Notes: generated by a model from the sequence alone, not told the origin. A DNA stretch of 32,000 nt from Promethearchaeum syntrophicum (GCF_008000775.2 NZ_CP042905.2:2820001-2852000); one strand, 5' to 3'; positions 6,635-15,898 are shown, numbered from the stretch's first letter. Made by a program: numbers and translations.

Positions 6635-7885
6635 CTATAACAAATTCATCATTTTTTTCAAATTTCCACTCATAATGAGTTTCATAACACCACGAGAACC
6701 ACCGATAACTTCTTGAATATTGGATGCTCCCGTTAAACGTGCGAGTCGAGTATTATCAGTCACAGAGACACCACCCATTAGTTGTTGCGTTTCATAAGCA
6801 CATTCTGCAGCCAGTTTTGCACATAAGAATTTAATTTGGCCAGACCATTGAGCGCTTGCTTTATGAATTTCCTTTGGAACATTTTCGGCTTTTAATACTT
6901 TCTCATCATAGATTTCTGCTATTTTAAATGCTGCCATTGTGGCTGACGAAACACGATAAAGTAAATCTGCGAAAGGATAGGAAACTGCTTGATATTTCAT
7001 AATCGGTTTACCGAATTGATTTCTCATATTAGAATAAATTATCCCATTAATTAAGGCACCCCAGCATATACCAAGATTGGCACCAGTAATGACTAAACGT
7101 TCGGGAACAAGACCATCAAATAAATATCGATATCCCTTTCCAGGTTGTCCTAAAATATATTCTTTAGGAACTTTTGCTGCGTTATAATAGGTTTTTCCAA
7201 TATGCACTCTGTTTACAACATTAATATTTAATCTTTCAGTTGTAATTCCCCAATCTCTTTTTAATATAGCTTGGACCATGGTTCCTCTAGGGTCTCCATT
7301 ATCAACGCAAGCATATCCTAAGAAATAATCCGCTTTTGGGCCATTGGTAGTAAAGATTTTAGTTCCCGTAAATTTATATCCATCCTCAACCACATCAGCA
7401 TGGCATTCCATATTTACTGTGTCTGTTCCATGATTTTCTTCAGTCATGGCAATACAACCAATTTTATTACCCGACCATAGATCATCTTGAACTTTTTGAA
7501 TCTCAGGGGTTGTTCCATGTTGGAATGTAGGATTTCCACATAAAATGCTTGATGCTGTCCTAGCGAGTTCCATTTCAGGATCCATCATACCGTTATTAAT
7601 TGCTAAAAGCATTTCATATTTACAACCTGCATCTGTAAATTCTTTCCATGGATTGAGTCTTTGCATAAATCCTCGTTTTCCATAATGTGGAAATAGTTCA
7701 TATACATCTTTGGCAAAATCAATTTTTGGTTCAAGGTCAATACAAAACTCCTGTATTTCTCTAACAAACGCTTTTTCTTTATCACTTAGAAGTAAATCAA
7801 GCTGCGAGTTAAGGATTTTATATGTATTTGCAAGACTTAATTTTTCTTCAATTTCTGGGGGAATAATTTTTACTTTTTCATTCAT
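6635..7885 (-). CDS. Acyl-CoA dehydrogenase family flavoprotein
   Basis: The architecture is ACAD-like, with GCIAMTEENHGTD (the A-x-TE-x-x-GSD-type motif), the middle beta-domain FTTNGPKADYF, and a C-terminal helical domain ending IQEVIGGSRGV. The ATG at 7885 is preceded by GGAG. The ORF-track TTG at 7924 is a possible alternative start. Confidence 0.88.
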   Translation of the reverse strand: MNEKVKIIPPEIEEKLSLANTYKILNSQLDLLLSDKEKAFVREIQEFCIDLEPKIDFAKDVYELFPHYGKRGFMQRLNPWKEFTDAGCKYEMLLAINNGMMDPEMELARTASSILCGNPTFQHGTTPEIQKVQDDLWSGNKIGCIAMTEENHGTDTVNMECHADVVEDGYKFTGTKIFTTNGPKADYFLGYACVDNGDPRGTMVQAILKRDWGITTERLNINVVNRVHIGKTYYNAAKVPKEYILGQPGKGYRYLFDGLVPERLVITGANLGICWGALINGIIYSNMRNQFGKPIMKYQAVSYPFADLLYRVSSATMAAFKIAEIYDEKVLKAENVPKEIHKASAQWSGQIKFLCAKLAAECAYETQQLMGGVSVTDNTRLARLTGASNIQEVIGGSRGVMKLIMSGNLKKMMNLL

Positions 7886-8015
7886 TTTAAATAAACTCCA
7901 TAAAGATGCCTCAAAAAAAGGCAATATGTCAATTTTTGATTGTTTATTAATAAATATTTTTTAATGATTAATTGGAAATAAGTAGGAAAGAAATTGAAAA
8001 AAAGAAATTTAATAC

Positions 8016-9650
8016 TTAGGATTTTGGATAAATTGGTTTCAAACCTGTTTGGAAATGGCGAAGACTAAGCTCTGCACCTCGTGCTATTCGTACTTTCGGA
8101 ATTTTCTCTTTATTCTTAAATAATTCTGAAATAGCCGCAACAGTATAATCGATATCTGACCTGCTATATGCATTTCTAGGTATCGCAAATCTTACTAAAT
8201 TAAGTATACTCTTTCGTTGTTCTTCACTTCTCTGGTCCCATTCAAAAGCAAAAGGACCGAGTTCACAAGCCCTAATTCCATAATGCTTTAATAATTCTAT
8301 TGTGAAACCAACTCCACCAAAATTTTTAGTTTTCATAGCTGTTCCAATAAAGAACTTATCCATATCAATATAAACTGCATGCCCTCCAGCGGGGAGAATG
8401 ACAGGAATATTATTTTCAGCTAGTCTTTTCGCAAAATATTGAGTTAATCCTATTCTGGACTTAAGATAGGATAATTTAACGACTTCTTGCAACCCTACGG
8501 CAAGTGCCATAATATCACGACCACTTAAACCGCCATATGAATCATTACCAATAGTTACTATCTGTCTTTCCTTAATTCTAATTCCAATATTTTTTCCATT
8601 AATTGAGTATTTTTTAACAAAAACACCATTATCTCGAAGAAAAAGCGCGCCTCCCATGTTTCCAAGACCGTCTTTTTTCAAACTAATAGTAAATCCATCA
8701 ACGTAGGAGAACATTTCTTTTATGATTTCACGAATGGATACATTCTTAAATTCTTCTTCAAATTTCTGAATAAAATAAGCATTTTCAGCAAACCGGCAAG
8801 CATCGAAAAAGTAAGGAATCCCATATTTTGTAGCAATTTCTTTAGCGGCCCGGATATTTGCCATAGATACAGGTTGACCTGCTATTGAATTATTTGTTAT
8901 AGTAATATATATAAGGGGAATACTATCTGGACCTTTTTGATTTATTATTTCTTCCAACTGCTTTATATCCATATTGCCTTTGAATGGATTTCGCAAATCC
9001 ATCTCTTTATATGGAAAGGGTTCGAGTACAACTGATTTATCAAATACATTAATAGGTTCTATATGAACTGCACGAATATTAGCCCCTGTTGTATCAAAAT
9101 GACCATTATTTGGAATATAATATTTACGATTCGGATTAATTTCATGCAGAACTTCGGCCAATGTTGAGAATAATAAATATTCAGAGACTCTTCCCTGAGG
9201 AACGATGAAAGTATTAGGGCGGGATAATTGATGAACTCCTCCATTTACAAATCCCCCTTCAGAGGAGGTTAAATATACTTCATTCATTAGCTTGTTTACA
9301 TTGTCTTCACCGGAAAGAATTAAATTTACTAATTTTTCTGGTTTATCCCCTCTTTCAAAAACATCGCGGAAAGCATCTAGTAATACATAGTACCCTTTAT
9401 TTCGCCCATAAGATTCATCTCCATGCAATAATGCAGCCCATTGGAGATCAGACATTGATGTAGATCCACTATCTGATAAATAGTCTAAGGTTAGGAGATC
9501 TGCTGGAAAGGAAAACATATTATACTCCGTTTCTATCAAAGCACGTTCTCTTTGATCTTCTCGAACATCTTTATAATTGCGAATTACATAAGCCTTATGA
9601 TCTGGAACTGGAACACCTAATTCATTCATTTTTTTCATATATATCATCAT
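8016..9650 (-). CDS. Beta-eliminating lyase, tryptophanase / tyrosine phenol-lyase family (PLP-dependent)
   Basis: The N-terminal DYLSDSGSTSMSDLQWAALLHGDESYGRNKGYYVLLDAFRDVF parallels the TnaA motif DLLTDSGT...MM.GDEAY. ISLKKDGLGNMGGALFLRD corresponds to the PLP-lysine motif S-x-KKD-x-x-x-x-x-GG. Confidence 0.88.
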   Translation of the reverse strand: MMIYMKKMNELGVPVPDHKAYVIRNYKDVREDQRERALIETEYNMFSFPADLLTLDYLSDSGSTSMSDLQWAALLHGDESYGRNKGYYVLLDAFRDVFERGDKPEKLVNLILSGEDNVNKLMNEVYLTSSEGGFVNGGVHQLSRPNTFIVPQGRVSEYLLFSTLAEVLHEINPNRKYYIPNNGHFDTTGANIRAVHIEPINVFDKSVVLEPFPYKEMDLRNPFKGNMDIKQLEEIINQKGPDSIPLIYITITNNSIAGQPVSMANIRAAKEIATKYGIPYFFDACRFAENAYFIQKFEEEFKNVSIREIIKEMFSYVDGFTISLKKDGLGNMGGALFLRDNGVFVKKYSINGKNIGIRIKERQIVTIGNDSYGGLSGRDIMALAVGLQEVVKLSYLKSRIGLTQYFAKRLAENNIPVILPAGGHAVYIDMDKFFIGTAMKTKNFGGVGFTIELLKHYGIRACELGPFAFEWDQRSEEQRKSILNLVRFAIPRNAYSRSDIDYTVAAISELFKNKEKIPKVRIARGAELSLRHFQTGLKPIYPKS

Positions 9651-9748
9651 TTAATTATTACTACAAATTCCAAATAATTTTGATAATTAATACAACCTCG
9701 TCTATTATAAAAATTATTATAAAAATTAGAATCTAATAGTAACTGAGA

Positions 9749-11392
9749 ATGAATAATCTAACAATCACAATTATAATTAATCTTATGGTTTCATTGGTTT
9801 TTATACTATATTCTTTAATACTATATCAATCTCAAAGAAAAAAACAAGAAATTACCGCAGATATTTCAAAAAAAGAGAAGGAATTTCAAACTTTAGATGA
9901 TTACTTCAAAAAGATGGAAGTACTTGTAATTCGAAAAAAAATATCTATGATTGGTCCTCCGAAAAAAGCTCCTCCGATAAAAAAGGAGCGAAGTCCGCTA
10001 GTTATTCAAAAAGATGAGGAATTTATAATTAAAGATGGGGAAAATCTCTTAAATAATCTTGAAAAAGAGTTAAAGGATGCAATGCCAAGAAATGCAATCG
10101 AATATAAAAGAGACTTAAATACCCTATTAGAAGTTATTTCTAGTTTAGAATCTATGGATGCTTCTCATTATGGAGGTTTAACAGAAGAACCAGAAGACAT
10201 GGGGAAGGGAATGCTTTATGATTCAATATCCAGAAAATTAGATAAAATTATTAAAATATATAAATTTGATGAGTTATATTTCATTCAAGCAGAAAAATTG
10301 GAGAATTTCGCATTTAAACAAATAAAAAGATTAGAACATAAAGATTTTGAGAAAACACTTGAGATTATGAAAGAAATTGGAAAAATCAATCAAATTATTG
10401 AAATTGGGCCGCATATCAAGCTGCTAACATTTCATGAAAATCTAAAAGTAAATACTTCTGAAAAAGTTATAATTTCCCTTTATACAGAACATAATCTGTC
10501 AAAAATTGAAGATATTCAAAAAAGAACCTTGTGGAAACCTAGTTTTTTAAATGCTGTTTTACAAAAAATGCAGTCAAAAAAAATATTGGATTTAGATTTG
10601 CAGGAGCAAATAATTAGTATTAAGGGAATAATATCATCATCCGAACGTTTTGAAAGAAATCAAAAATTAGAGGAAATCATTAAAAATAAAATCAAAAAGG
10701 AAAAAGATAGTAAAAAACTCCTGGGTGATCAACAGCAACATAATATTACCTTAAATAGGAAAAAATCACGAATACAGCAAGAAGAATTAAAAGTTCAACA
10801 AACGGAATTACTAGCAGAAGCGAAAAAGGAAGCAAAAAAACTATCAAAAATTCATCGAAAAGAAGCAGAAAAACAATCAAAAATCGAAGATAAAGAAAGA
10901 AAAAAGATATTAATAAGCGAAAAAAGTGTTACTGAAGAGGGAGAAAAAACGAACGAAAATCAAAAATTGGTTAAAGAAATTGAAAAGATTTTCAAAAATA
11001 TTAGTAAAATTACAGGTGGAATTATTACTTTCTCTACCTTGCTTAAAATTCTTAAAAATGGGGCATTTCCTAAATTAAAAAAAAATGAATTGTTAAATTC
11101 TATTAAATTTCTGAAAGAGAAAGAGAGTATTATTGATGAATTATCATTTTCCGGAGTTAAAATTTATAGTTTTGGTGATGCCGTAATTGATGATGACATG
11201 AAACGACTAATAGAACAATTTGTTGAAGATGAAGAATTGAATGAGGAGGAAATAGGAGTTGTTATTGATGATTGGGGTAGTAAAAAGATAAAAAAGGTGA
11301 TTAAAAAATTCGAGGATCAAAACCTTATCAAAAAAGATAAGAAAAATCGCTATTACTTACCGGGGCTAATCAATGCAAAAAAAAAAAAATAA
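9749..11392 (+). CDS. N-terminally membrane-anchored protein with a Lys/Glu-rich coiled coil and several winged-helix-like segments
   Basis: The TM helix is LTITIIINLMVSLVFILYSLILY. A long charged helical region spans residues ~300-400. Repeated helix-turn-helix plus beta-hairpin-like segments include ITFSTLLKILKNGAFPKLKKNELLNSIKFLKEKESIIDELSFSGVKIYSF and the C-terminal KKVIKKFEDQNLIKKDKKNRYYL. Confidence 0.55.
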   Translation: MNNLTITIIINLMVSLVFILYSLILYQSQRKKQEITADISKKEKEFQTLDDYFKKMEVLVIRKKISMIGPPKKAPPIKKERSPLVIQKDEEFIIKDGENLLNNLEKELKDAMPRNAIEYKRDLNTLLEVISSLESMDASHYGGLTEEPEDMGKGMLYDSISRKLDKIIKIYKFDELYFIQAEKLENFAFKQIKRLEHKDFEKTLEIMKEIGKINQIIEIGPHIKLLTFHENLKVNTSEKVIISLYTEHNLSKIEDIQKRTLWKPSFLNAVLQKMQSKKILDLDLQEQIISIKGIISSSERFERNQKLEEIIKNKIKKEKDSKKLLGDQQQHNITLNRKKSRIQQEELKVQQTELLAEAKKEAKKLSKIHRKEAEKQSKIEDKERKKILISEKSVTEEGEKTNENQKLVKEIEKIFKNISKITGGIITFSTLLKILKNGAFPKLKKNELLNSIKFLKEKESIIDELSFSGVKIYSFGDAVIDDDMKRLIEQFVEDEELNEEEIGVVIDDWGSKKIKKVIKKFEDQNLIKKDKKNRYYLPGLINAKKKK

Positions 11393-12053
11393 AAGCACTG
11401 CAAATCCTATTCCTCGAGATATTCTGATTTCTTTACTAAAACAATATTGGAGTAAAACATATATTCAAGATGCAACATTTTCTTTTTTACGCAACATTTC
11501 TAATGACTTCATAGAAGATATTGAAAAAAAATCAAGTTCCAAAAAAGATAAACTTCTAATCGAGATGATTAAAGTCTTAAAAGGAGAACAGAGTCATAAA
11601 GCGTTGGAAGCGTTAACAAATGCATTAATAAAGGTGGATAATTGGAAACCCAGTAAGGACCCAAATTCAAATACAGTTTTTGCTGAAGAGATTTTACTAT
11701 TAATAAAAGATTTAGATCAATCAGGAATTGATATTCTTCTTGACGCGCTAATAGATGATTCAGATTTTGACAATCGATTAACAAAAATTAATGAAAACCC
11801 CAATAATTCGGATAGATTATTACTTGAGCGTTCTCTCTCTAATAAAGATCTTCTAAACTCATTTAAAGTGTTAAAAAATAGAAGATTAAAAGAAGAAATT
11901 ATCAAAAATGGTTATTACGCTCTTGATAAAATTACGGAACGTTTAAAATTTTATCAAACTGGTAGAGTTTATGAAAAATTAATCACGATTTATAAATTAC
12001 TGGAGGAGAAATATTCAATTCAAAAAAAAACGGGGTTTAGAATTTTATTATAG
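11373..12053 (+). CDS. Hypothetical alpha-helical protein, possibly HEAT-like repeats
   Basis: 226-aa ORF whose start lies inside an A13 run overlapping the end of the upstream gene. Helical repeats such as ALEALTNALIKV and GIDILLDALIDD are present. No confident family assignment. Confidence 0.45.
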   Translation: MQKKKNKSTANPIPRDILISLLKQYWSKTYIQDATFSFLRNISNDFIEDIEKKSSSKKDKLLIEMIKVLKGEQSHKALEALTNALIKVDNWKPSKDPNSNTVFAEEILLLIKDLDQSGIDILLDALIDDSDFDNRLTKINENPNNSDRLLLERSLSNKDLLNSFKVLKNRRLKEEIIKNGYYALDKITERLKFYQTGRVYEKLITIYKLLEEKYSIQKKTGFRILL

Positions 12054-12108
12054 AAGATTGTTATTTCAATTTTAGAATAAAAATATAAAATAAAAAAAAT
12101 AAAAAGTA

Positions 12109-13344
12109 CTATTCTTTTATTCCTAAAACAAAATTTGCCAGATTTTTATGAGCATTTTCAATAGAAACTGTTCCTTTTGGAGGGTTTTTAAATCCGTAGG
12201 AAGATATTTCGTCAATGGCTCCTGAAGATCCTTGATGAAGTGCAATTTTGGTTGCTCGAATTACATCAGCCAAAATTGCTCCTCCATTTGGACCATCTTT
12301 AGTCTGAATTTTAAGATCTACTATAATTTCTGAACCCAAAAAACCATTACCAACTATCCATAGCATAGAATTTCTTGAATTTTTCATATGAGGAACATAA
12401 TCAGAAGTTCCTGCTACAATAGGCGCGTTTAGATTCAATGAGGATTTCACTGATTTACTTTTAATTTCGCGTTTAATTCCGCGAGATCGATGAATTGTAT
12501 TTAAAGATTCGGCACCCCCACCGACATCAAGAGCATAGCTTTCCTTTATTTCCACGCCTTGATCTAGCATTTGCTTTAGAATTCTTTTATGAACAATTGT
12601 TGCTCCAAATTGGTCTTGAAGATCATCACCTATTAAAGGTAAACCAGCATCATGGAATTTACGAGCATAATTTTTATCTACTGCAATTTTAGTAGGTGTT
12701 GCATTAATAAATGCACAACCTGCTTGAAGAGATTGTTCCGCATAGAATTTTACTGCTTCATCGGCACCCGAAGGTAATAAGCATAAAACAATTTCTGTTT
12801 CACTAAGTTTTAATTCATTTATAATATTAGCAGAACCTATTTCAGCAGGGGCAATAAGCTTACGGGTCTGATCTATTACTCCATCCAATATATTTCCCAT
12901 TTGGATTTTTACATCTAATATAGGCACTTTAGCTACAATTTCAAGATCATTTTCATTAATTGCTTCACTTAAATCTTTTCCAACTTTTTTTATCGATATA
13001 TCAAAAGCTGATACGATTTCAATATCAGAAATATGATAACCTGCAAATGTTGGATGAAGTAATCCAATATTATTACTGCGGGATTTATAATATTCAATTC
13101 CTTGAATAAGCGATGAAGCCGCATTTCCAACACCCACTATAGCGACTTTTATTTTTTCTGGCATAATTTTCACTTTATTTCGTTTTTTTATTCGAGCTAT
13201 TGTCATTCTACTGATTGAAAAGAATACCATTGTTTCATCATAGGTATGGGTTTCAAGATATCGGAGAACTTCATCGTCTCGAAATTTTTTAGCCACATTA
13301 TTTTTAAAAAGAGATAGAAAAAAAAGCTTATGTGTTACTGACAA
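12109..13344 (-). CDS. ino1: myo-Inositol-1-phosphate (inositol-3-phosphate) synthase with an open ~60-codon N-terminal extension
   Basis: KVAIVGVGNAASSLIQGIEYYK, LPSGADEAVKFYAEQSLQAGCAFINATP, GDDLQDQFGATIVHKRIL and LDVGGGAESLN closely track the prokaryotic Ino1 family (for example the mycobacterial VAIVGVGNCASSLVQGVEYY). The conserved core begins at the ATG at 13164. The upstream in-frame extension to the TTG at 13344 has no stop codon. Confidence 0.9.
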   Translation of the reverse strand: MSVTHKLFFLSLFKNNVAKKFRDDEVLRYLETHTYDETMVFFSISRMTIARIKKRNKVKIMPEKIKVAIVGVGNAASSLIQGIEYYKSRSNNIGLLHPTFAGYHISDIEIVSAFDISIKKVGKDLSEAINENDLEIVAKVPILDVKIQMGNILDGVIDQTRKLIAPAEIGSANIINELKLSETEIVLCLLPSGADEAVKFYAEQSLQAGCAFINATPTKIAVDKNYARKFHDAGLPLIGDDLQDQFGATIVHKRILKQMLDQGVEIKESYALDVGGGAESLNTIHRSRGIKREIKSKSVKSSLNLNAPIVAGTSDYVPHMKNSRNSMLWIVGNGFLGSEIIVDLKIQTKDGPNGGAILADVIRATKIALHQGSSGAIDEISSYGFKNPPKGTVSIENAHKNLANFVLGIKE

Positions 13345-13421
13345 AAAAAAAAGTTACTATTTCTTCATTAGCTGTTACAATTATCAACAAACCTTTTATG
13401 CTTCAAATTAAAAAAAAAAAT

Positions 13422-14342
13422 ATGTCTAATGTGAAAAAAAAAACCCCCCATACCATAAAGACGAAAACTTCAAAGAAAACTTCTTCAAATACCAAAAATA
13501 TTAAGGGAAAAAAAACATCAAAAAAATCAACTAAGAAGAAATCAATCCAATCAAAAAAACCAGCGAAGAAAATGGAAAAATTTATCGAAAATAATCGGGA
13601 AACTTCGAAAAAATTAAAAAGTGAGACAATTTTAAACTCTCAAGTTCAAATTTCAAAAAAAACTCATAGGAAAACTAAAGGACCTAATACCGATAAACTT
13701 AAGACTGAAAATAGGGAAGACTTAGTTGCAAGGCATTTACTTAGATTATATCAATTTATCAAAGAAAATGATCCAATTAATGAACAAGAATTACTCGAAG
13801 AAATGGATAAAGGTACCCCCAACGAAGAATTAAGGCTCAAAATTACCCAATTAGAACTTGAAATTGAATCCATTTATGAAGAAAATCATGCTTTACGACA
13901 AAATGCACTTCAAACACAAATTGAAGCAGAAGATCAAATAGAATCTACTGAATTTGAAAATCGTGAATTAAAAGAAAAAGTGAGAGAGATCAATGATTAT
14001 GTCAAAGCAGAATTAGAAAAAAGAGCTAAAAGATTTGAAATTATAATTGAAGATTTACGAGCCAGATTGCGGGGGGCCTTAGAAAAAAATGAAAAAATTA
14101 CTGAAGTAAGTGAGAAAATTGAATATATGCAACAACAAGTAACTTCCCTTTTTGATCAAAATGACACATTAACGAACAAAAACAACAAATTGGAACAAAA
14201 ATTGGGAAATTTAAATGAAAAATTTGAAGATTCGCAACAAAATAACCTGAGATTGGAATCTAAGAATAAAGAACTCCATAAGAAGGTTGAACTTCAAAAA
14301 TTAGTTATAGATGGTTATAAACGAAAAGAAATGAAACATTAA
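13422..14342 (+). CDS. Lys/Ser/Thr-rich basic tail followed by a long coiled coil
   Basis: MSNVKKKTPHTIKTKTSKKTSSNTKNIKGKKTSKKSTKKKSIQSKKPAKK is followed by ~200 aa of heptad-type sequence (ELRLKITQLELEIESIYEENHALRQN...). The ORF track starts at 13332, but the ATG at 13422 avoids overlapping the divergent ino1 ORF. Confidence 0.55.
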   Translation: MSNVKKKTPHTIKTKTSKKTSSNTKNIKGKKTSKKSTKKKSIQSKKPAKKMEKFIENNRETSKKLKSETILNSQVQISKKTHRKTKGPNTDKLKTENREDLVARHLLRLYQFIKENDPINEQELLEEMDKGTPNEELRLKITQLELEIESIYEENHALRQNALQTQIEAEDQIESTEFENRELKEKVREINDYVKAELEKRAKRFEIIIEDLRARLRGALEKNEKITEVSEKIEYMQQQVTSLFDQNDTLTNKNNKLEQKLGNLNEKFEDSQQNNLRLESKNKELHKKVELQKLVIDGYKRKEMKH

Positions 14343-14357
14343 AAAATAAAATTCCCT

Positions 14358-14933
14358 CTAATCAAATTTTTTTTTCCATTCTTTTATCTTCTTAAGCAAA
14401 TCTAGAATGAATTCTTCTTTCTCCTTCTCCGAAAATTCAGAATCCGGCTTAATTTTTCGCTCAAATGATCCTAACTCAAATAAAATTTTATGCCCACCTG
14501 TCAAAACAAATAAATCTTCTTTGGCTTCTTTAATAACTTGACTTAATTCATGTAATGAAAGATTTTTTTTACTTATCTTCTCTTGACATAATTCTAAGAT
14601 TTGCTGTGGATTTTCAAAAGTTTTCTTGTTTGACATTGTTAATATGCCTTTTGAAGATAATTCTTCCAATTTGGAAGTCAGAATGTTTCCCATTGACTTT
14701 ACTTGTCCCATTTCAGCAAGAATTTCAGATTTAAACTTGTTTTCTTCTTGTAACTGATTTTTAAGGCTTTTAATGTTGATAATTTCTTTTTCAACCTTAT
14801 CAATTTTCTCAGTTAAGATATTTAATGTATGTTTCATTTCACCAATTGATTGGATCAATTCTAACCCAAATTTCTGCAGAATATTCCCAAAACTATCAAT
14901 TTTCTCTTCAAAAGTTTTTTGATTTTCTCCCAT
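14358..14933 (-). CDS. Coiled-coil protein divergent from the longin-GTPase gene
   Basis: 191-aa ORF. The N-terminal two-thirds are heptad-like (LNILTEKIDKVEKEIINIKSLKNQLQEENKFKSEILAEM) and there is a short globular C-terminus. The divergent intergenic region to 14999 is only 65 bp. Confidence 0.5.
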   Translation of the reverse strand: MGENQKTFEEKIDSFGNILQKFGLELIQSIGEMKHTLNILTEKIDKVEKEIINIKSLKNQLQEENKFKSEILAEMGQVKSMGNILTSKLEELSSKGILTMSNKKTFENPQQILELCQEKISKKNLSLHELSQVIKEAKEDLFVLTGGHKILFELGSFERKIKPDSEFSEKEKEEFILDLLKKIKEWKKKFD

Positions 14934-14998
14934 ATTTTCATCAATTCCCTACATGATAGAATTATTTTATTACCATTAAATCATTTTTAAAATTATTA

Positions 14999-15868
14999 AT
15001 GATCAAACATGTGAACATCCTAACCCTTGATGGTAAATCCCTTCTTTTTCGTGAATACGGCGCAACTAAAGTTGATCAAGATTTATTGGCAGGATTCATG
15101 AGTGCATTTAGTGGATTTATGAAAGAAATCTCCCGATCTGAAATAAAATCAACAGTTACAGGTAATTCAAAATTTATTTATAGCTTTACAGATCAGATAA
15201 TGATAGTAATTTGTACAGATATTAAAGATAATGAAGAGGAGATATATCCAATTCTTGAGACAATTTTCTCCCAATTTTTAGAAAAATACAGTGATCTCTT
15301 TAAAAATAATAAATGGGATGGTGAACGGACCATTTTCAAAGAATTCAAAGAGAATGTTGATAAAATCGTGTTAGGACCAATAAAAGTTTCAATTTTAGGA
15401 TACGGTGGTGTTGGAAAAACCACTTTAACCAAACTAATTATCGGGGAAGAAATAAATTTAGAATATGTACCAACAATTACTGCAGATATTGCTACTTTTG
15501 ATAAAATGGGAAAACGCAGTATTGTGTTATGGGATTTTGCGGGCCAAATCCAGTTTACCGATTTATGGGACTCACTTTTAAAAGAAACCAGAATAGTTTT
15601 GTTGGTAACAGATTCATCGTATAAAAACGTTCAAGATACCAAAAAAATCATGGAGAAATTTATTGAAAAGGATTCCAATATGTTAATAATTGGAATAGCA
15701 AATAAACAAGATTTACAAAACAAATTATCAACGAAATTCGTTGAAAAGATTTTGAATGTTCCAACGTTCGGCATGATCGCGATAAATCCGAACTATAGGA
15801 TAATGATTCACGAAATTTTGAACGAATTCATTGAGAAGATTAATAAAATTGATGGATTCATTGATTAA
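14999..15868 (+). CDS. Longin/roadblock-like N-terminal domain fused to a Ras-superfamily small GTPase domain
   Basis: The N-terminus MIKHVNILTLDGKSLLFREYG...LLAGFMSAFSGFMKEIS...IMIVICTD has the alpha/beta regulatory-domain pattern. The G domain has G1 GYGGVGKTT, switch I YVPTITADI, G3 WDFAGQ and G4 NKQD. It is a paralog of 28052..29761. Confidence 0.85.
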   Translation: MIKHVNILTLDGKSLLFREYGATKVDQDLLAGFMSAFSGFMKEISRSEIKSTVTGNSKFIYSFTDQIMIVICTDIKDNEEEIYPILETIFSQFLEKYSDLFKNNKWDGERTIFKEFKENVDKIVLGPIKVSILGYGGVGKTTLTKLIIGEEINLEYVPTITADIATFDKMGKRSIVLWDFAGQIQFTDLWDSLLKETRIVLLVTDSSYKNVQDTKKIMEKFIEKDSNMLIIGIANKQDLQNKLSTKFVEKILNVPTFGMIAINPNYRIMIHEILNEFIEKINKIDGFID

Positions 15869-15898
15869 ACTTAGAATACACAACAATAGTGAATAAAT

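Noticed and set aside
9749-11392. Assigning the multi-winged-helix membrane protein to ESCRT-II (Vps22/25/36-like)
   Set aside because: The idea is tempting in an Asgard context. However, no Vps4, ESCRT-III or Vps28-like neighbours are present in the window, and I cannot establish sequence homology by eye. It is kept only as a structural hypothesis to test.
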